Source: Gammaproteobacteria bacterium
GTDB taxonomy: Bacteria; Pseudomonadota; Gammaproteobacteria; JBCCGL01
DNA length: 64,000 bases
Assembly: GCA_965277715.1 (NCBI GenBank)
Contig: OZ255836.1
Coordinates: 96,001-160,000, forward strand
Direction: 5' to 3'
The notes beneath the pieces are model-generated. The model searched no databases and had not been told where the DNA came from. It saw nothing but the letters and a program-made list of their open reading frames with translations. The position numbers and the translations under genes are program-made. Below are positions 59,562 through 64,000 of the stretch, in pieces. The first letter of the stretch is position 1. The number at the start of each line of letters is the position of its first letter.

Positions 59562-60334
59562 GTACCTGGGTTAATTGACTCTGGTAGCGTTGAAATAAAT
59601 TGATGTAATTGACCTGTTTCTGGGTCGCGGTATTTAACAAACTGAAATCATAAAATTCTGGTGCTGTTTTTGCTTTTCCCACCATGCATAATCAGTCACC
59701 GCCTTATCGTATATATAGAGATGCTTTTGCCAAGCCTCTTTTTCGACACAACGTTGTTCAATATAAGAACGTAACACGGGTATTTCCTGGTGCCGTGTTC
59801 AGTACCGTTAGTCACGACACAAAGTGGTCTTAGAAGTCCATTTCTGAGGTTCAAGACATGAATAAAGCCTGCTGCGAAGACGTTGCCCTGACGATTTTTC
59901 TCTGTGTGACAAGCATGCTGTATAAAATGACCATCAGCTGCTTCTACTCGATATTCTTCAAGTTCAGGAAATTGTTTTAAATAATCAATGTCCAAAGAAG
60001 ATAATTTCTCACTTTGCAGTTGATAGCTTTGCTTTTCCATGGCTTGCATCATCTTCATCCGTCTTGTCGACTTCAATGCGTTAAAATAGCTTGAATGACA
60101 AATTGTCTCGTCGTATATTTCATCCGTAACCTGTAGATAGTGACGACCACTATGTGCAAGGCTTATACAGCGAAGTAACCCATGGCGAGAAAAAGCTATG
60201 TCATCAATGGCATCGCGTGATCTTTTCCATAAAGGGAAGCGTTCAGCAGCAATTGCTTTTTCCATACTTATTTTACAGTGTTCGGTGATATATTCTTCAG
60301 CGGTCATCATTTCGTTCATATTCAATTTGCCCAT
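59562..60334 (-). pseudogene. 5' part of the 21583-type transposase, frameshifted and internally deleted
   Basis: Near-identical to 22000-22896; interrupted by IS4 copy 3. Confidence 0.9.
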
Positions 60335-60444
60335 TTAATCAGATATTAAATGGGTATTTTAAAAAAAATTCTGCTGGTGAATGCAAGTGTTTTTTTGGAT
60401 AATTTTATTTATTTTATGAATTATAAAGCTTGTTATCGGTTTAT

Positions 60445-60675
60445 AAAAAAACAGTACAAATTTTATAAAAAATACTATTTATAGCTTATGGCGGCTCTTT
60501 TCAGGTGTTATTCATTTCGTTATTAGCTTCCTGGTAGGATTCTAGTGGTACACCCATGAAAAAAACAGTACAAATATTATAAAAAATACTATTTATAGCT
60601 TATGACGGCTCTTGTCAGGTGTTATTCATTGCGTTATTAGCTTCCTGGCAGGATTCTAGTGGTACACCCATGAAA
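60445..60675. repeat. Tandem duplication, 114-bp period, 2 copies
   Basis: AAACAGTACAAA...GGATTCTAGTGGTACACCCATG twice; a shortened single copy at ~23010-23102. Confidence 0.85.
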
Positions 60676-60838
60676 AAGACTGTAAAATCGAAACTGGGAG
60701 TCTTATTTAAACTAGGTTTTGTCGGTTTCCCACATTCAACTGAGGTCGGAATCTTCGGCCTAACAAGCTCTGGGGCGTTGCCTTCCGCCTCGCGATGCAT
60801 AACATGGCGAAGGCTTTCTTAATTTAGAGGATTAGAGT

Positions 60839-61936
60839 ATGACCAAACTAAAAACTATTGCTGCCAGTGCAGCAGCCTTGACCCTCATGGCATCGTCTGC
60901 CATGGCGGCTGACAAGGTCTTGCGTATCCAGTCGGTACTACCCGGTTCAGCTGACGAAGTCGTTATGTTGAAAGAGTTCGGTAACGATGTCGCAGCGTTG
61001 ACTGATGGCTCGCTCACCATCGAAGTTTTGCCAGCAGGTGCTGTTGTTGGACCACGAGACATCATGGATGCCGTTGACGCGGGTCTGGTTGAAGGTGGTT
61101 TTGCCTGGACACACTATTGGGGTGGCAAGCACGTTGCAGCTAACCTGTTCGGCGCGCCTGTTGCGGGTGCCGGTGTAGGTCTCGATAACATCGCGTTCCT
61201 GAGCTGGTTTCAGTACGGTGGTGGTAAGGAGTTGTATGATCGTCTGTGGGATGAAATGGGTGTGAACGTCAAAGGATTCATGCTGCAGCCAGTGGGTCCT
61301 GAGGCACTCGGTTGGTTCCCAAAGCCAATCGAATCGATGGATGACTTTCGTAAATTGCGCTTCCGTGCACCTCCGGGCATGGTTGGTGCTGCATACGCTG
61401 AAATCGGTGTTCCAGCGGTTGCTATGGGCGGCGGTGACATCTTGCCAGCGCTTGAGAAAGGCACGATCGATGCAGCCGAGTGGTGCTGCCCCAAACCAGA
61501 TTCCGTCTTTGGTTTTCAGAAAGTGCTAAAGCACTACTACCTCCAAGGTCTGCATCAGGTGGTCGTGAACGCAGACTTGTATGTGAATGGCGATTTCTAC
61601 AACTCGCTGAGCACGATTGAGAAGAAAGCACTGGAAGTGGCGGCAAACGCGTCTCTGTCAAAATCCATGTCTTACCGAATCTTTGAGAACGGTAAGGCGC
61701 TGAAAGATTTGACGGATAATCACAGTGTTATCCTGGAAGATACTCCAGCGGATTACTTCACAGAGTACATGGCGGCCGCTAAAAAGTCGCTTGAAGCCGC
61801 TGCGGCAGAAAACGAGTTCTTCGCAGAAGTGTGGCAGTCGCAAAAAGATTTCGCCGACATCGTGGTCCCATTCTGGGCAGGTGCACAGACCTCAAACGCA
61901 GGTTTGGGCCGCGCACACGCAGAAACACTGAAGTAA
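60839..61936 (+). CDS. dctP: TRAP transporter solute-binding protein (DctP, TakP-like)
   Basis: Signal peptide; EVLPAGAVVG; GWF.KPI; LRFRAP; ALEKGTIDAAEW. Confidence 0.9.
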   Translation: MTKLKTIAASAAALTLMASSAMAADKVLRIQSVLPGSADEVVMLKEFGNDVAALTDGSLTIEVLPAGAVVGPRDIMDAVDAGLVEGGFAWTHYWGGKHVAANLFGAPVAGAGVGLDNIAFLSWFQYGGGKELYDRLWDEMGVNVKGFMLQPVGPEALGWFPKPIESMDDFRKLRFRAPPGMVGAAYAEIGVPAVAMGGGDILPALEKGTIDAAEWCCPKPDSVFGFQKVLKHYYLQGLHQVVVNADLYVNGDFYNSLSTIEKKALEVAANASLSKSMSYRIFENGKALKDLTDNHSVILEDTPADYFTEYMAAAKKSLEAAAAENEFFAEVWQSQKDFADIVVPFWAGAQTSNAGLGRAHAETLK

Positions 61937-61944
61937 AAAAGGAA

Positions 61945-61978
61945 TTCGAAGCGAGGCCTGTCAAAGCCTCGCTTCGAA
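61945..61978 (+). terminator. Intercistronic stem-loop
   Basis: TTCGAAGCGAGGC...GCCTCGCTTCGAA. Confidence 0.55.
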
Positions 61979-62054
61979 GTTTGTTAAGGGCCTTGGCCCT
62001 GTTTAAATAATTAGAGCCCAAAATGGGTACAAGCGTAAGTAGGGGAGAAGGGGC

Positions 62055-64000
62055 ATGGCTGAAGAAGAGGTAAATCCAGAAGATCTCGAAATTGCAGACG
62101 AACTGATTGCGGAGCGTCGTGCCGAAGCCCCTGGCGAAACGCCGGAGGATATGACACCTTGGCAACGTCCGATAACCGCAGCGATTGACGTCATTAATTA
62201 TCGGGCGGGCCAGATTATTGCCCTGCTCATGGTGCCGCTCATTGTTGTCGTGGTGCTAGAAGTTCTTTCACGCAACTCCTTTGCGATCTTGCAAGATGCC
62301 GGGTTCGCAGATCTCGCCCGAAGCCTTGGACTTGGCCCCACGCTCTGGGTGTATGACACCAGTCGTATGATAGCCGGGGTGCTCTTCATGGCGGCTGCGG
62401 GCTATGGTCTGATGCGCGGAGTTCATATCCGTGCCGACTTCCTCTACCGAAATTGGTCGGCAAAGACACAAGCGACAGTGGATGCAACACTGTACCTTCT
62501 GTTCTTTATGCCTTCGATGATCTTCTTCACCGTTATCGCCTCAGACTTCTGGTGGCTCGCCTTTTCAAGAGGTGAAACCATGCAGGTCGACAGTGCATGG
62601 GGACCACTCTTGTGGCCCGCGCGCCTAGCGATGCCCGTCGGTGCCTTCCTCTTGATGCTGCAGGGCATCCCTGAGATTTTTCGCGCATTTCACAAGATGG
62701 GTAAGGAGCGAGAGCGTTTGTTCGTACAGGCCTTGCCTGTCTATTTAATCGCACTGATCTGGCTCGTTCTGGCGGTGTTCCAACCGGGCATGGTCCCCGG
62801 TGGCGAATTGTTTTCTGACCTCATGTCTGCCCGACCGAATATGGATAAAGCTACCATCGGATTGATCATGCTGGGAGCCATGCTCTTCGTGATCTTTATC
62901 GGTTTTCCAATTGCGTTCACGTTGATCTTCCTTGCCTTTGTCTTCGGTATTTGGGGCGCCAACTTCAAGCTGACCACGCTGTTGATGACGCTGAACACAA
63001 ACTCCACTATGTTGAACGATCAGCTCATGGCCGTGCCACTTTTTGTACTGATGGGGATTGTGATGGAAGCGGCGGGTTTGATGGATCGGCTGTTTGTGTC
63101 GATCCAGATGATCATGTCGCGCGTTCGCGGCGCGTTGTTCATCGCCGTGCTGATTGTATCCACGATTTTTGCAGCAGCCACTGGCATTGTGGGCGCTTCT
63201 GTGACCCTGCTTGGGATCATGGCTGGCGCGACCATGACCAGATCCGGCTATGACGTCAAGCTTGCGGCTGGAACCATCACTGCGGGCGGTACATTGGGGA
63301 TTCTGATACCGCCTTCAATTATGCTGATCGTCATGGGACCTGTTCTGGAAGTTTCAACCCTTGACCTCTTCCGTGGCGCCTTTATTCCCGGTGCCCTGCT
63401 GGCTACCCTTTATCTGGTCTACACGCTTGGACGCTGCTGGCTGAATCCGAACCTAGGGCCAATTTTGGCAGAAGAGGATCAACCTCAAACGTCCACATTT
63501 TATGGTGCTGAGGTAGCGCTGATCTGCCTGGGTGTTTTGACTGTTTGCCGAGTTTTTGGCCTTGGCATGGTTGGTGTTTTTGGCGGTGTGATTCCATTTG
63601 GTGGCTTGATCGTTTTGGGCATTACTTGTGCTGCCGCCTATGCTGCATACCGTCATTTGAATGTACTTAAGATCGTGCTTCCGATCACGTTGGTCTTCCA
63701 CTTCTATATGATCGTTGTGAATATGGGCGAGGACGGTGGCCTGCCGATCTGGTCGATCACCTTTGCTGTATTCACCTTGTTTCTGGCGTATCTGGGACGG
63801 CCAATTTATAGCACCTCTACAGATAATGGTTTCTATTTTTCTGATCTCTGGAATGAGTTCTTTGCAGGGCTCATGCCTCCCACGATTCTGATTTCTTTTG
63901 CTTTGGGGTCGATTCTCCTTGGCCTGGCAACACCTGCTGAAGCCGCAGCGATGGGTGCCTTTGGTGCTATCTTGTTATCTCTCGTTTACGGCAAGTTCAC
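62055..64000 (+). CDS. Fused DctQ-DctM TRAP permease, runs off window edge
   Basis: Manual translation MAEEEVNPEDLEIAD...HIRADFLY (DctQ)...GFPIAFTL...AVPLFVLMG...AATGIVGASV...GGTLGILIPPS (DctM). Confidence 0.88.
   Translation, partial: MAEEEVNPEDLEIADELIAERRAEAPGETPEDMTPWQRPITAAIDVINYRAGQIIALLMVPLIVVVVLEVLSRNSFAILQDAGFADLARSLGLGPTLWVYDTSRMIAGVLFMAAAGYGLMRGVHIRADFLYRNWSAKTQATVDATLYLLFFMPSMIFFTVIASDFWWLAFSRGETMQVDSAWGPLLWPARLAMPVGAFLLMLQGIPEIFRAFHKMGKERERLFVQALPVYLIALIWLVLAVFQPGMVPGGELFSDLMSARPNMDKATIGLIMLGAMLFVIFIGFPIAFTLIFLAFVFGIWGANFKLTTLLMTLNTNSTMLNDQLMAVPLFVLMGIVMEAAGLMDRLFVSIQMIMSRVRGALFIAVLIVSTIFAAATGIVGASVTLLGIMAGATMTRSGYDVKLAAGTITAGGTLGILIPPSIMLIVMGPVLEVSTLDLFRGAFIPGALLATLYLVYTLGRCWLNPNLGPILAEEDQPQTSTFYGAEVALICLGVLTVCRVFGLGMVGVFGGVIPFGGLIVLGITCAAAYAAYRHLNVLKIVLPITLVFHFYMIVVNMGEDGGLPIWSITFAVFTLFLAYLGRPIYSTSTDNGFYFSDLWNEFFAGLMPPTILISFALGSILLGLATPAEAAAMGAFGAILLSLVYGKF

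Noticed and set aside
60445-60675. Possible CRISPR array
   Set aside because: Two long tandem copies without unique spacers; no cas genes in the window

Overview
This 64 kb window comes from a probably marine, possibly chemoautotrophic gammaproteobacterium (cbbR-rpe, chemotaxis ParA/CheW, mshE, lexA, metY) and is heavily invaded by IS elements and pseudogenised. From left to right it holds a GC-rich betaine-type catabolic cluster, phage-satellite, integron-cassette and ICE remnants, toxin-antitoxin (TA) genes, chemotaxis genes, a group II intron 3' remnant, a composite transposon, an orphan nucC, an IS pile-up and a TRAP transporter. The standout is the 16.75 kb composite transposon (29734-46484): two 1529-bp IS4-family copies with an 11-bp target-site duplication (TSD), splitting a nucleotidyltransferase-HEPN gene. 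Its cargo is an unusual putative RiPP/microcin cluster: a Gly-rich 112-aa precursor, an HlyC-type acyltransferase, an M3-peptidase/HlyC fusion, an SCP2-JmjC protein, a QueC-like ATP pyrophosphatase, a kinase-like protein, a fatty-acid hydroxylase, a methyltransferase carrying a degenerate QueC-like domain, an M16 protease and a C39-less type I exporter. All family calls come from motif recognition by eye, not database searches.
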